A stretch of DNA of 64,000 bases from Macrostomum hystrix. Lineage: Eukaryota > Animalia > Platyhelminthes. Below are positions 45,925-60,912 of this stretch, in pieces; position 1 is the first letter of the stretch; each line of letters begins with the position of its first letter. The stretch covers positions 10,540,001 to 10,604,000 of the forward strand of contig CATNEN010000003.1 in the NCBI GenBank assembly GCA_950097015.1, written 5' to 3'. The notes under the pieces were generated by a model. That model was not told where the DNA came from, ran no database searches, and saw only the letters and a list, made by a program, of their open reading frames with translations. The translations under genes and the position numbers were made by a program.

Positions 45925-48900
45925 ACACTGAGAAGGGGAAGAATTAGACTGAGGGAGAGAATGAGACTGAGGGAGAGAATGAGACTGAGGGAGAGAATGA
46001 GACTGATAGAGAGAATAAGACTGAGGGAGAGAATGAGACTGATGGAGAGAATGAGACTGATGGAGAGAATGAGACTGATAGAGAGAATGAGACTGAGGGA
46101 GAGAATGAGACTGATGGAGAGAATGAGACTGAGGGAGGGAATGAGACTGAGGGAGAGAATGAGACTGATGGAGAGAATGAGACTGAGGGAGAGAATGAGA
46201 CTGATGGAGAATGGGACTGAGGGAGAGAATGAGGCTGATGGAGAATGAGACTGAGGGAGAGAATGAGACTGATGGAGAATGAGACTGAGGGAGAGAATGA
46301 GACTGAGGGAGAGAATGAGGCTGATGGAGAATGAGACTGAGGGAGAGAATGAGGCTGATGGAGAATGAGACTGAGGGAGAGAATGAGGCTGAGGGAGAGA
46401 ATGAGGCTGATGGAGAATGAGACTGAGGGAGAGAATGAGACTGGGGGAGAGAATGAGGCTGATGGAGAATGAGACTGAGGGAGGGAATGAGACTGAGGGA
46501 GAGAATGAGACTGATGGAGAGAATGAGACTGAGGGAGAGAATGAGACTGAGGGAGGGAATGAGACTGAGGGAGAGAATGAGACTGATGGAGAGAATGAGA
46601 CTGAGGGAGGGAATGAGACTGAGGGAGAGAATGAGACTGAGGGAGGGAATGAGACTGATGGAGAGAATGAGACTGAGGGAGACAATGAGACTGAGGGACA
46701 GAATGAGACTGATGGAGAGAATAAGACTGAGGGAGGGAATGAGACTAAGGGAGAGAATGAAACTGATGGAGAGAATGAGACTGATGGAGAGAATGAAACT
46801 GATGGAGAGAATGAGACTGAGGGAGAGAATGAGGCTGATGGAGAGAATGAGACTGAGGTAGAGAATGAGACTGAGGGAGGGAATGAGACTGAGGGAGAGA
46901 ATGAGACTGATGGAGAGAATGAGGCTGATGGAGAATGAGACTGAGGGAGAGAATGAGGCTGATGGAGAATGAGACTGAGGGAGAGAAGGAGGCTGATGGA
47001 GAATGAGACTGAGGGAGAGAATGAGGCTGATGGAGAGAATGAGGCTGATGGAGAATGAAACTGATGGAGAGAATGAGACTGATAGAGAGAATGAGACTGA
47101 GGGAGAGAAGGAGGCTGATGGAGAATGAGACTGAGGGAGAGAATGAGACTGAGGGAGAGAATGAGGCTGATGGAGAGAATGAGACTGAGGTAGAGAATGA
47201 GACTGAGGGAGAGAATGAGGCTGATGGAGAATGAGACTGAGGGAGAGAAGGAGGCTGAGGGAGAGAATGAGGCTGATTGAGAATGAGACTGAGGTAGAGA
47301 ATGAGACTGAGGGAGGGAATGAGGCTGATGGAGAATGAGACTGAGGGAGAGAAGGAGGCTGATGGAGAATGAGACTGAGGGAGAGAAGGAGGCTGATGGA
47401 GAATGAGACTGAGGGAGAGAATGAGGCTGATGGAGAATGAGACTGAGGGAGAGAATGAGGCTGATGGAGAATGAGACTGAGGGAGAGAAGGAGGCTGATG
47501 GAGAATGAGACTGGGGGAGAGAAGGAGGCTGATGGAGAATGAGACTGAGGGAGAGAATGAGGCTGATGGAGAATGAGGCTGATGGAGAATGAGACTGATG
47601 GAGAGAATGAGACTGATAGAGAGAATGAGACTGAGGTAGAGAATGAGACTGAGGGAGAGAATGAGGCTGATGGAGAATGAGACTGAGGGAGAGAAGGAGG
47701 CTGATTGAGAATGAGACTGAGGGAGAGAAGGAGGCTGATGGAGAATGAGACTGAGGGAGAGAAGGAGGCTGATGGAGAATGAGACTGATGGAGAGAATGA
47801 GGCTGATGGAGAGAATGAGACTGAGGGAGGGAATGAGACTGAGGGAGAGAATGAGACTGAGGGAGAGAATGAGGCTGATGGAGAGAATGAGACTGAGGTA
47901 GAGAATGAGGCTGATGGAGAATGAGACTGAGGGAGAGAAGGAGGCTGAGGGAGAGAATGAGGCTGATTGAGAATGAGACTGAGGTAGAGAATGAGACTGA
48001 GGGAGAGAATGAGGCTGATTGAGAATGAGACTGAGGGAGAGAAGGAGGCTGATGGAGAATGAGACTGAGGGAGAGAAGGAGGCTGATGGAGAATGAGACT
48101 GAGGGAGAGAATGAGGCTGATGGAGAATGAGACTGAGGGAGAGAATGAGGCTGATGGAGAATGAGACTGAGGGAGAGAATGAGGCTGATGGAGAATGAGA
48201 CTGAGGGAGAGAAGGAGGCTGATGGAGAATGAGACTGGGGGAGAGAAGGAGGCTGATGGAGAATGAGACTGAGGGAGAGAATGAGGCTGATGGAGAATGA
48301 GGCTGATGGAGAGAATGAGGCTGATGGAGAATGAGACTGAGGAAGAGAATGAGGCTGATGGAGAATGAGACTGAGGGAGAGAATGAGGCTGATGGAGAAT
48401 GGGACTGAGGGAGAGAATGAGGCTGATGGAGAATGAGGCTGATGGAGAGAATGAGGCTGATGGAGAATGGGACTGAGGGAGAGAATGAGGCTGATGGAGA
48501 GAATGAGGCTGATGGAGAATGAGACTGAGGGAGAGAATGAGGCTGATGGAGAATGAGACTGAGGGAGAGAATGAGGCTGATGGAGAATGAGACTGAGGGA
48601 GAGAATGAGGCTGATGGAGAATGAGACTGAGGGAGAGAATGAGGCTGATGGAGAATGAGACTGAGGGAGAGAATGAGGCTGATGGAGAATGAGACTGAGG
48701 GAGAGAATGAGGCTGATGGAGAATGAGACTGAGGGAGAGAATGAGGCTGATGGAGAATGAGACTGAGGGAGAGAATGAGGCTGATGGAGAATGAGACTGA
48801 TGGAGAGAATGAGGCTGATGGAGAATGAGACTGAGGGAGAGAATGAGGCTGATGGAGAATGAGACTGAGGGAGAGAATGAGGCTGATGGAGAATGAGGCT

Positions 48901-51900
48901 GATGGAGAGAATGAGGCTGATGGAGAATGGGACTGAGGGAGAGAATGAGGCTGATGGAGAATGAGACTGAGGGAGAGAATGAGGCTGATGGAGAATGAGA
49001 CTGAGGGAGAGAATGAGGCTGGTGGAGAATGAGACTGAGGGAGAGAATGAGGCTGATGGAGAATGAGACTGAGGGAGAGAATGAGGCTGATGGAGAATGA
49101 GACTGATGGAGAGAATGAGGCTGATGGAGAATGAGACTGAGGGAGAGAATGAGGCTGATGGAGAATGAGACTGAGGGAGAGAATGAGGCTGATGGAGAAT
49201 GAGACTGAGGGAGAGAATGAGGCTGATGGAGAATGAGACTGAGGGAGAGAATGAGGCTGATGGAGAATGAGACTGAGGGAGAGAATGAGGCTGATGGAGA
49301 ATGAGGCTGATGGAGAGAATGAGGCTGATGGAGAATGGGACTGAGGGAGAGAATGAGGCTGATGGAGAATGAGACTGAGGGAGAGAATGAGGCTGATGGA
49401 GAATGAGACTGAGGGAGAGAATGAGGCTGGTGGAGAATGAGACTGAGGGAGAGAATGAGGCTGATGGAGAATGAGACTGAGGGAGAGAATGAGGCTGATG
49501 GAGAATGAGACTGAGGGAGAGAAGGAGGCTGATTGAGAATGAGACTGAGGGAGAGAAGGAGGCTGATGGAGAATGAGACTGAGGGAGAGAATGAGGCTGA
49601 TGGAGAATGAGACTGAGGGAGAGAATGAGGCTGATGGAGAATGAGACTGAGGGAGAGAATGAGGCTGATGGAGAATGAGACTGAGGGAGAGAATGAGGCT
49701 GATGGAGAATGAGACTGAGGGAGAGAATGAGGCTGATGGAGAATGAGACTGATGGAGAGAATGAGGCTGATGGAGAATGAGACTGAGGGAGAGAATGAGG
49801 CTGATGGAGAATGAGACTGAGGGAGAGAATGAGGCTGATGGAGAATGAGGCTGATGGAGAGAATGAGGCTGATGGAGAATGGGACTGAGGGAGAGAATGA
49901 GGCTGATGGAGAGAATGAGGCTGATGGAGAATGAGACTGAGGGAGAGAATGAGGCTGATGGAGAATGAGGCTGATGGAGAGAATGAGGCTGATGGAGAAT
50001 GGGACTGAGGGAGAGAATGAGGCTGATTGAGAATGAGACTGAGGTAGAGAATGAGACTGAGGGAGAGAATGAGGCTGATTGAGAATGAGACTGAGGGAGA
50101 GAAGGAGGCTGATGGAGAATGAGACTGAGGGAGAGAAGGAGGCTGATGGAGAATGAGACTGAGGGAGAGAATGAGGCTGATGGAGAATGAGACTGAGGGA
50201 GAGAATGAGGCTGATGGAGAATGAGACTGAGGGAGAGAATGAGGCTGATGGAGAATGAGACTGAGGGAGAGAATGAGGCTGATGGAGAATGAGACTGAGG
50301 GAGAGAATGAGGCTGATGGAGAATGAGACTGATGGAGAGAATGAGGCTGATGGAGAATGAGACTGAGGGAGAGAATGAGGCTGATGGAGAATGAGACTGA
50401 GGGAGAGAATGAGGCTGATGGAGAATGAGGCTGATGGAGAGAATGAGGCTGATGGAGAATGGGACTGAGGGAGAGAATGAGGCTGATGGAGAATGAGACT
50501 GAGGGAGAGAATGAGGCTGATGGAGAGAATGAGGCTGATGGAGAATGGGACTGAGGGAGAGAATGAGGCTGATGGAGAATGAGACTGAGGGAGAGAATGA
50601 GGCTGATGGAGAATGAGACTGAGGGAGAGAATGAGGCTGGTGGAGAATGAGACTGAGGGAGAGAATGAGGCTGATGGAGAATGAGACTGAGGGAGAGAAT
50701 GAGGCTGATGGAGAATGAGACTGAGGGAGAGAATGAGGCTGATGGAGAATGAGACTGAGGGAGAGAATGAGGCTGATGGAGAATGAGACTGAGGGAGAGA
50801 ATGAGGCTGATGGAGAATGAGACTGAGGGAGAGAATGAGGCTGATGGAGAATGAGGCTGATGGAGAGAATGAGGCTGATGGAGAATGGGACTGAGGGAGA
50901 GAATGAGGCTGATGGAGAATGAGACTGAGGGAGAGAATGAGGCTGATGGAGAATGAGACTGAGGGAGAGAATGAGACTGATGGAGAATGAGACTGATGGA
51001 GAGAATGAGGCTGATGGAGAATGAGACTGAGGGAGAGAATGAGGCTGATGGAGAATGAGACTGAGGGAGAGAATGAGGCTGATGGAGAATGAGACTGATG
51101 GAGAGAATGAGGCTGATGGAGAATGAGACTGAGGGAGAGAATGAGACTGAGGGAGAGAATGAGGCTGATGGAGAGAATGAGGCTGATGGAGAGAATGAGA
51201 CTGAGGTAGAGAATGAGACTGAGGGAGAGAATGAGGCTGATGGAGAATGGGACTGAGGGAGAGAATGAGGCTGATGGAGAATGAGACTGAGGGAGAGAAT
51301 GAGGCTGATGGAGAATGAGACTGAGGGAGAGAATGAGACTGATGGAGAATGAGACTGAGGAAGAGAATGAGGCTGATGGAGAATGAGACTGAGGGAGAGA
51401 ATGAGGCTGATGGAGAATGAGACTGAGGGAGAGAATGAGGCTGATGGAGAATGAGACTGAGGGAGAGAATGAGGCTGATGGAGAATGAGACTGATGGAGA
51501 GAATGAGGCTGATGGAGAATGAGACTGAGGGAGAGAATGAGGCTGATGGAGAATGAGACTGAGGGAGAGAATGAGGCTGATGGAGAATGAGGCTGATGGA
51601 GAGAATGAGGCTGATGGAGAATGGGACTGAGGGAGAGAATGAGGCTGATGGAGAATGAGACTGAGGGAGAGAATGAGGCTGATGGAGAATGAGACTGAGG
51701 GAGAGAATGAGGCTGGTGGAGAATGAGACTGAGGGAGAGAATGAGGCTGATGGAGAATGAGACTGAGGGAGAGAATGAGGCTGATGGAGAATGAGACTGA
51801 GGGAGAGAATGAGGCTGATGGAGAATGAGACTGAGGGAGAGAATGAGGCTGATGGAGAATGAGACTGAGGGAGAGAATGAGGCTGATGGAGAATGAGACT

Positions 51901-54900
51901 GAGGGAGAGAATGAGGCTGATGGAGAATGAGGCTGATGGAGAGAATGAGGCTGATGGAGAATGGGACTGAGGGAGAGAATGAGGCTGATGGAGAATGAGA
52001 CTGAGGGAGAGAATGAGGCTGATGGAGAATGAGACTGAGGGAGAGAATGAGACTGATGGAGAATGAGACTGATGGAGAGAATGAGGCTGATGGAGAATGA
52101 GACTGAGGGAGAGAATGAGGCTGATGGAGAATGAGACTGAGGGAGAGAATGAGGCTGATGGAGAATGAGACTGATGGAGAGAATGAGGCTGATGGAGAAT
52201 GAGACTGAGGGAGAGAATGAGACTGAGGGAGAGAATGAGGCTGATGGAGAGAATGAGGCTGATGGAGAGAATGAGACTGAGGTAGAGAATGAGACTGAGG
52301 GAGAGAATGAGGCTGATGGAGAATGGGACTGAGGGAGAGAATGAGGCTGATGGAGAATGAGACTGAGGGAGAGAATGAGGCTGATGGAGAATGAGACTGA
52401 GGGAGAGAATGAGACTGATGGAGAATGAGACTGAGGAAGAGAATGAGGCTGATGGAGAATGAGACTGAGGGAGAGAATGAGGCTGATGGAGAATGAGACT
52501 GAGGGAGAGAATGAGACTGATGGAGAATGAGACTGAGGGAGAGAATGAGGCTGATGGAGAATGAGACTGAGGGAGAGAATGAGACTGATGGAGAATGAGA
52601 CTGAGGAAGAGAATGAGGCTGATGGAGAATGAGACTGAGGGAGAGAATGAGACTGAGGGAGAGAATGAGACTGAGGGAGAGAATGAGGCTGATGGAGAGA
52701 ATGAGACTGAGGTAGAGAATGAGACTGAGGGAGAGAATGAGGCTGATGGAGAATGAGACTGAGGGAGAGAAGGAGGCTGAGGGAGAGAATGAGGCTGATT
52801 GAGAATGAGACTGAGGTAGAGAATGAGACTGAGGGAGGGAATGAGGCTGATGGAGAATGAGACTGAGGGAGAGAAGGAGGCTGATGGAGAATGAGACTGA
52901 GGGAGAGAAGGAGGCTGATGGAGAATGAGACTGAGGGAGAGAATGAGGCTGATGGAGAATGAGACTGAGGGAGAGAATGAGGCTGATGGAGAATGAGACT
53001 GAGGGAGAGAATGAGACTGATGGAGAATGAGACTGAGGAAGAGAATGAGGCTGATGGAGAATGAGACTGAGGGAGAGAATGAGGCTGATGGAGAATGGGA
53101 CTGAGGGAGAGAATGAGGCTGATGGAGAGAATGAGGCTGATGGAGAATGAGACTGAGGGAGAGAATGAGGCTGATGGAGAATGAGACTGAGGGAGAGAAT
53201 GAGGCTGATGGAGAATGAGACTGAGGGAGAGAATGAGGCTGATGGAGAATGAGACTGAGGGAGAGAATGAGGCTGATGGAGAATGAGACTGAGGGAGAGA
53301 ATGAGGCTGATGGAGAATGAGGCTGATGGAGAGAATGAGGCTGATGGAGAATGGGACTGAGGGAGAGAATGAGGCTGATGGAGAATGGGACTGAGGGAGA
53401 GAATGAGGCTGATGGAGAGAATGAGGCTGATGGAGAATGAGACTGAGGGAGAGAATGAGGCTGATGGAGAATGAGACTGAGGGAGAGAATGAGGCTGATG
53501 GAGAGAATGAGGCTGATGGAGAGAATGAGACTGAGGTAGAGAATGAGACTGAGGGAGAGAATGAGGCTGATGGAGAATGGGACTGAGGGAGAGAATGAGG
53601 CTGATGGAGAATGAGACTGAGGGAGAGAATGAGGCTGATGGAGAATGAGACTGAGGGAGAGAATGAGACTGATGGAGAATGAGACTGAGGAAGAGAATGA
53701 GGCTGATGGAGAATGAGACTGAGGGAGAGAATGAGACTGAGGGAGAGAATGAGACTGAGGGAGAGAATGAGGCTGATGGAGAGAATGAGACTGAGGTAGA
53801 GAATGAGACTGAGGGAGAGAATGAGGCTGATGGAGAATGAGACTGAGGGAGAGAAGGAGGCTGAGGGAGAGAATGAGGCTGATTGAGAATGAGACTGAGG
53901 TAGAGAATGAGACTGAGGGAGGGAATGAGGCTGATGGAGAATGAGACTGAGGGAGAGAAGGAGGCTGATGGAGAATGAGACTGAGGGAGAGAAGGAGGCT
54001 GATGGAGAATGAGACTGAGGGAGAGAATGAGGCTGATGGAGAATGAGACTGAGGGAGAGAATGAGGCTGATGGAGAATGAGACTGAGGGAGAGAATGAGG
54101 CTGATGGAGAGAATGAGGCTGATGGAGAATGAGACTGAGGGAGAGAATGAGGCTGATGGAGAATGAGACTGAGGGAGAGAATGAGACTGATGGAGAGAAT
54201 GAGGCTGATGGAGAATGAGACTGAGGGAGAGAATGAGGCTGATGGAGAATGAGACTGAGGGAGAGAATGAGACTGATGGAGAATGAGGCTGATGGAGAAT
54301 GAGGCTGATGGAGAGAATGAGGCTGATGGAGAATGGGACTGAGGGAGAGAATGAGGCTGATGGAGAATGGGACTGAGGGAGAGAATGAGGCTGATGGAGA
54401 GAATGAGGCTGATGGAGAATGAGACTGAGGGAGAGAATGAGGCTGATGGAGAATGAGACTGAGGGAGAGAATGAGGCTGATGGAGAATGAGACTGAGGGA
54501 GAATGAGACTGAGGGAGAGAATGAGGCTGATGGAGAGAATGAGACTGATAGAGAGAATGAGACTGAGGTAGAGAATGAGACTGAGGGAGAGAATGAGGCT
54601 GATGGAGAATGAGACTGAGGGAGAGAAGGAGGCTGATTGAGAATGAGACTGAGGGAGAGAAGGAGGCTGATGGAGAATGAGACTGAGGGAGAGAAGGAGG
54701 CTGATGGAGAATGAGACTGATGGAGAGAATGAGGCTGATGGAGAGAATGAGACTGAGGGAGGGAATGAGACTGAGGGAGAGAATGAGACTGAGGGAGAGA
54801 ATGAGGCTGATGGAGAGAATGAGACTGAGGTAGAGAATGAGGCTGATGGAGAATGAGACTGAGGGAGAGAATGAGGCTGATGGAGAATGAGACTGAGGGA

Positions 54901-57900
54901 GAGAATGAGGCTGATGGAGAATGAGACTGAGGGAGAGAATGAGGCTGATGGAGAATGAGACTGAGGGAGAGAATGAGGCTGATGGAGAATGAGGCTGATG
55001 GAGAGAATGAGGCTGATGGAGAATGGGACTGAGGGAGAGAATGAGGCTGATGGAGAATGAGACTGAGGGAGAGAATGAGGCTGATGGAGAATGAGACTGA
55101 GGGAGAGAATGAGACTGATGGAGAATGAGACTGAGGAAGAGAATGAGGCTGATGGAGAATGGGACTGAGGGAGAGAATGAGGCTGATGGAGAGAATGAGG
55201 CTGATGGAGAATGAGACTGAGGGAGAGAATGAGGCTGATGGAGAATGAGACTGAGGGAGAGAATGAGGCTGATGGAGAATGAGACTGAGGGAGAGAATGA
55301 GGCTGATGGAGAATGAGACTGAGGGAGAGAATGAGGCTGATGGAGAATGAGACTGAGGGAGAGAATGAGGCTGATGGAGAATGAGACTGATGGAGAGAAT
55401 GAGGCTGATGGAGAATGAGACTGAGGGAGAGAATGAGGCTGATGGAGAATGAGACTGAGGGAGAGAATGAGGCTGATGGAGAATGAGACTGATGGAGAGA
55501 ATGAGGCTGATGGAGAATGAGACTGATGGAGAGAATGAGGCTGATGGAGAATGAGACTGAGGGAGAGAATGAGGCTGATGGAGAATGAGACTGAGGGAGA
55601 GAATGAGGCTGATGGAGAATGAGGCTGATGGAGAGAATGAGGCTGATGGAGAATGAGACTGAGGAAGAGAATGAGGCTGATGGAGAATGAGACTGAGGGA
55701 GAGAATGAGGCTGATGGAGAATGGGACTGAGGGAGAGAATGAGGCTGATGGAGAATGAGGCTGATGGAGAGAATGAGGCTGATGGAGAATGGGACTGAGG
55801 GAGAGAATGAGGCTGATGGAGAGAATGAGGCTGATGGAGAATGAGACTGAGGGAGAGAATGAGGCTGATGGAGAATGAGACTGAGGGAGAGAATGAGGCT
55901 GATGGAGAATGAGACTGAGGGAGAGAATGAGGCTGATGGAGAATGAGACTGAGGGAGAGAATGAGGCTGATGGAGAATGAGACTGAGGGAGAGAATGAGG
56001 CTGATGGAGAATGAGACTGAGGGAGAGAATGAGGCTGATGGAGAATGAGACTGAGGGAGAGAATGAGGCTGATGGAGAATGAGACTGATGGAGAGAATGA
56101 GGCTGATGGAGAATGAGACTGAGGGAGAGAATGAGGCTGATGGAGAATGAGACTGAGGGAGAGAATGAGGCTGATGGAGAATGAGGCTGATGGAGAGAAT
56201 GAGGCTGATGGAGAATGGGACTGAGGGAGAGAATGAGGCTGATGGAGAATGAGACTGAGGGAGAGAATGAGGCTGATGGAGAATGAGACTGAGGGAGAGA
56301 ATGAGGCTGGTGGAGAATGAGACTGAGGGAGAGAATGAGGCTGATGGAGAATGAGACTGAGGGAGAGAATGAGGCTGATGGAGAATGAGACTGATGGAGA
56401 GAATGAGGCTGATGGAGAATGAGACTGAGGGAGAGAATGAGGCTGATGGAGAATGAGACTGAGGGAGAGAATGAGGCTGATGGAGAATGAGACTGAGGGA
56501 GAGAATGAGGCTGATGGAGAATGAGACTGAGGGAGAGAATGAGGCTGATGGAGAATGAGACTGAGGGAGAGAATGAGGCTGATGGAGAATGAGGCTGATG
56601 GAGAGAATGAGGCTGATGGAGAATGGGACTGAGGGAGAGAATGAGGCTGATGGAGAATGGGACTGAGGGAGAGAATGAGGCTGATGGAGAGAATGAGGCT
56701 GATGGAGAATGAGACTGAGGGAGAGAATGAGGCTGATGGAGAATGAGACTGAGGGAGAGAATGAGGCTGATGGAGAATGAGACTGAGGGAGAATGAGACT
56801 GAGGGAGAGAATGAGGCTGATGGAGAGAATGAGACTGATAGAGAGAATGAGACTGAGGTAGAGAATGAGACTGAGGGAGAGAATGAGGCTGATGGAGAAT
56901 GAGACTGAGGGAGAGAAGGAGGCTGATTGAGAATGAGACTGAGGGAGAGAAGGAGGCTGATGGAGAATGAGACTGAGGGAGAGAAGGAGGCTGATGGAGA
57001 ATGAGACTGATGGAGAGAATGAGGCTGATGGAGAGAATGAGACTGAGGGAGGGAATGAGACTGAGGGAGAGAATGAGACTGAGGGAGAGAATGAGGCTGA
57101 TGGAGAGAATGAGACTGAGGTAGAGAATGAGGCTGATGGAGAATGAGACTGAGGGAGAGAAGGAGGCTGAGGGAGAGAATGAGGCTGATTGAGAATGAGA
57201 CTGAGGTAGAGAATGAGACTGAGGGAGAGAATGAGGCTGATTGAGAATGAGACTGAGGGAGAGAAGGAGGCTGATGGAGAATGAGACTGAGGGAGAGAAG
57301 GAGGCTGATGGAGAATGAGACTGAGGGAGAGAATGAGGCTGATGGAGAATGAGACTGAGGGAGAGAATGAGGCTGATGGAGAATGAGACTGAGGGAGAGA
57401 ATGAGGCTGATGGAGAATGAGACTGAGGGAGAGAAGGAGGCTGATGGAGAATGAGACTGGGGGAGAGAAGGAGGCTGATGGAGAATGAGACTGAGGGAGA
57501 GAATGAGGCTGATGGAGAATGAGGCTGATGGAGAGAATGAGGCTGATGGAGAATGAGACTGAGGAAGAGAATGAGGCTGATGGAGAATGAGACTGAGGGA
57601 GAGAATGAGGCTGATGGAGAATGGGACTGAGGGAGAGAATGAGGCTGATGGAGAATGAGGCTGATGGAGAGAATGAGGCTGATGGAGAATGGGACTGAGG
57701 GAGAGAATGAGGCTGATGGAGAGAATGAGGCTGATGGAGATTGAGACTGAGGGAGAGAATGAGGCTGATGGAGAATGAGACTGAGGGAGAGAATGAGGCT
57801 GATGGAGAATGAGACTGAGGGAGAGAATGAGGCTGATGGAGAATGAGACTGAGGGAGAGAATGAGGCTGATGGAGAATGAGACTGAGGGAGAGAATGAGG

Positions 57901-58912
57901 CTGATGGAGAATGAGACTGAGGGAGAGAATGAGGCTGATGGAGAATGAGACTGAGGGAGAGAATGAGGCTGATGGAGAATGAGACTGAGGGAGAGAATGA
58001 GGCTGATGGAGAATGAGGCTGATGGAGAGAATGAGGCTGATGGAGAATGGGACTGAGGGAGAGAATGAGGCTGATGGAGAATGAGACTGAGGGAGAGAAT
58101 GAGGCTGATGGAGAATGAGACTGAGGGAGAGAATGAGACTGATGGAGAATGAGACTGAGGAAGAGAATGAGGCTGATGGAGAATGGGACTGAGGGAGAGA
58201 ATGAGGCTGATGGAGAGAATGAGGCTGATGGAGAATGAGACTGAGGGAGAGAATGAGGCTGATGGAGAATGAGACTGAGGGAGAGAATGAGGCTGATGGA
58301 GAATGAGACTGAGGGAGAGAATGAGGCTGATGGAGAATGAGACTGAGGGAGAGAATGAGGCTGATGGAGAATGAGACTGAGGGAGAGAATGAGGCTGATG
58401 GAGAATGAGACTGAGGGAGAGAATGAGGCTGATGGAGAATGAGGCTGATGGAGAGAATGAGGCTGATGGAGAATGGGACTGAGGGAGAGAATGAGGCTGA
58501 TGGAGAGAATGAGGCTGATGGAGAATGAGACTGAGGGAGAGAATGAGGCTGATGGAGAATGAGACTGAGGGAGAGAATGAGGCTGGTGGAGAATGAGACT
58601 GAGGGAGAGAATGAGGCTGATGGAGAATGAGACTGAGGGAGAGAATGAGGCTGATGGAGAATGAGACTGAGGGAGAGAATGAGGCTGATGGAGAATGAGA
58701 CTGAGGGAGAGAATGAGGCTGATGGAGAATGAGACTGAGGGAGAGAATGAGGCTGATGGAGAATGAGACTGATGGAGAGAATGAGGCTGATGGAGAATGA
58801 GACTGAGGGAGAGAATGAGGCTGATGGAGAATGAGACTGAGGGAGAGAATGAGGCTGATGGAGAATGAGACTGAGGGAGAGAATGAGACTGATGGAGAAT
58901 GAGACTGAGGGT
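45925..58912. repeat. 13-kb satellite of 16+18 bp subunits (GAGAATGAGACTGAGGGA / GAGAATGAGGCTGATG)
   Basis: Read directly; the 4064-aa minus-strand ORF is an artefact of a stop-free pyrimidine-rich strand. Confidence 0.98.
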
Positions 58913-59389
58913 GGAATTGAACAGGATGAGACCTATCACATTATAACAGAGAAGTCAGGGCAAGGAATAAAGCCTTTTAAATCTCAAAATGTGCTTTAAA
59001 AACATTAACGGTGTGACTTTGAGTTTTTAAACAGAAATTATTTTGTGTATTATTTACTTGTCTGGACAGTATTCCAGTTAGTCTCATGCAATCTTAAGCA
59101 GTGAGAAACTTTTCTTAGAAGCTAATTTAGCAAATACAAAAAATCAGAAAAAAGGACTGCACAAAACATATTGCCTAGCAATTGTACTGGCAATATGGAA
59201 AAAATACTAACTTGGAGCTGGAATTCATGCCTTTGTTCCAAAATTTAACACAAAATAGTAACAGAGGATGCCAAAACCATTTTAATATACAATATATCAA
59301 CATTATATTATGTGTAATACTTTCTTAGAAACAAATGACTAAAAAGGTCTCGCGTTTAAACATTTAAATGTAGACAAATAGACCGATTC

Positions 59390-60120
59390 AAATAGACAGT
59401 GAGAGAGATTGAGATAGACAGAGGGAGAGATTGAGATGGACAGTGAGAGAGATTGAGATAGACAGAGGGAGAGATTGAGATAGACAGTGAGAGAGATTGA
59501 GATGGACAGTGAGAGAGATTGAGATGGACAGTGAGAGAGATTGAGATGGACAGTGAGAGAGATTGAGATAGACAGTGGGAGAGATTGAGATAGACAGTGA
59601 GAGAGATTGAGATAGACAGTGGGAGAGATTGAGATAGACAGTGAGAGAGATTGAGATAGACAGTGAGAGAGATTGAGATAGACAGTGGGAGAGATTGAGA
59701 TAGACAGTGAGAGAGATTGAGATGGACAGTGAGAGAGATTGAGATAGACAGTGAGAGAGATTGAGATGGACAGTGAGAGAGATTGAGATGGACAGTGAGA
59801 GAGATTGAGATAGACAGTGAGAGAGATTGAGATAGACAGTGAGAGAGATTGAGATAGACAGTGAGAGAGATTGAGATAGACAGTGAGAGAGATTGAGATG
59901 GACAGTGAGAGAGATTGAGATAGACAGTGAGAGAGATTGAGATAGACAGTGAGAGAGATTGAGACAGACAGTGAGAGAGATTGAGATAGACAGTGAGAGA
60001 GATTGAGATAGACAGTGGGAGAGATTGAGATAGACAGTGAGAGAGATTGAGATAGACAGTGGGAGAGATTGAGATAGACAGTGGGAGAGATTGAGATAGA
60101 CAGTGGGAGAGATTGAGACA
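59390..60120. repeat. 22-bp minisatellite (GAGATTGAGATAGACAGTGAGA)
   Basis: About 33 copies. Confidence 0.96.
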
Positions 60121-60611
60121 AACAAAAGGATTAAGATAAGTAAAAAGTGAATGTTCTCATGTCAAGGAATTTAGACAAAATCACAGTATTAAAGTGTCAG
60201 GAAAAAAGTGTAGTAGTTTTTATTGAAAACGTGGTTAAGTAAATTGCACCAATACATTAAGTAAACTAGTAACATTATATAAATAAATTGCACATTTCTG
60301 TGACTGTTACTTTTAAAATATTACACTACTTGTAGTAGAAGCTGCATAGAAACACAAACAAATATTAATCGGAAGACGGTAAATATTACAAAATCACCAG
60401 AGAGTCAATTTGACTATATACCAAAATGGTATCATAAATATATAGAATTCATAGCAAGCAAAATTAAAAAAGAAATAAGAAAGAGTGTAACTGGAAGACA
60501 ATTATAACAAAAACGTATCAGTTTGACTAAGTTTTTTTCGCACAGAGAAAAAGCACGATTCGGAACAATGCTCCACCCGACATGTATAGAAAAAACTGTT
60601 TTCAATTCGGT

Positions 60612-60757
60612 CAGTTGTTCAGTCCATGGACTGGAGACGCCAAACCCACCTTCAATTACCTCAGTTGCTAAAATATACAAACAGTTAATGTGGAGTCGGG
60701 AATCGAACCTCCGACCTTGAAGTCAGGAGTAGACGCTCTATCTATCAGGCTACAAAC
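60612..60757 (-). mobile_element. SINE copy lacking the CORE block
   Basis: Minus strand gtagcctgatagatagagcg...ggttcgattcccgact followed almost directly by gaggtaattgaaggtggg...cagtccatggactgaac, as in the 18187 copy but without the CORE segment. Confidence 0.7.
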
Positions 60758-60912
60758 GCTCTTAACTTAACCCGACATGTATCGAAACAATTTTTTTCTA
60801 TCTGAATGACATAGCTCTTATTAATCATAACACAACCCACCCGATATGTATTGAAAAACTTCAATAATAATAAATTATAATCTCAACTAAGTTAAATTAA
60901 CAAAGGCACGAT

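Noticed and set aside
46745-58939. 4064-aa ORF
   Set aside because: Translation of the satellite's pyrimidine-rich strand, which lacks stop triplets; it drifts through all registers of the unit and has no unique domain.
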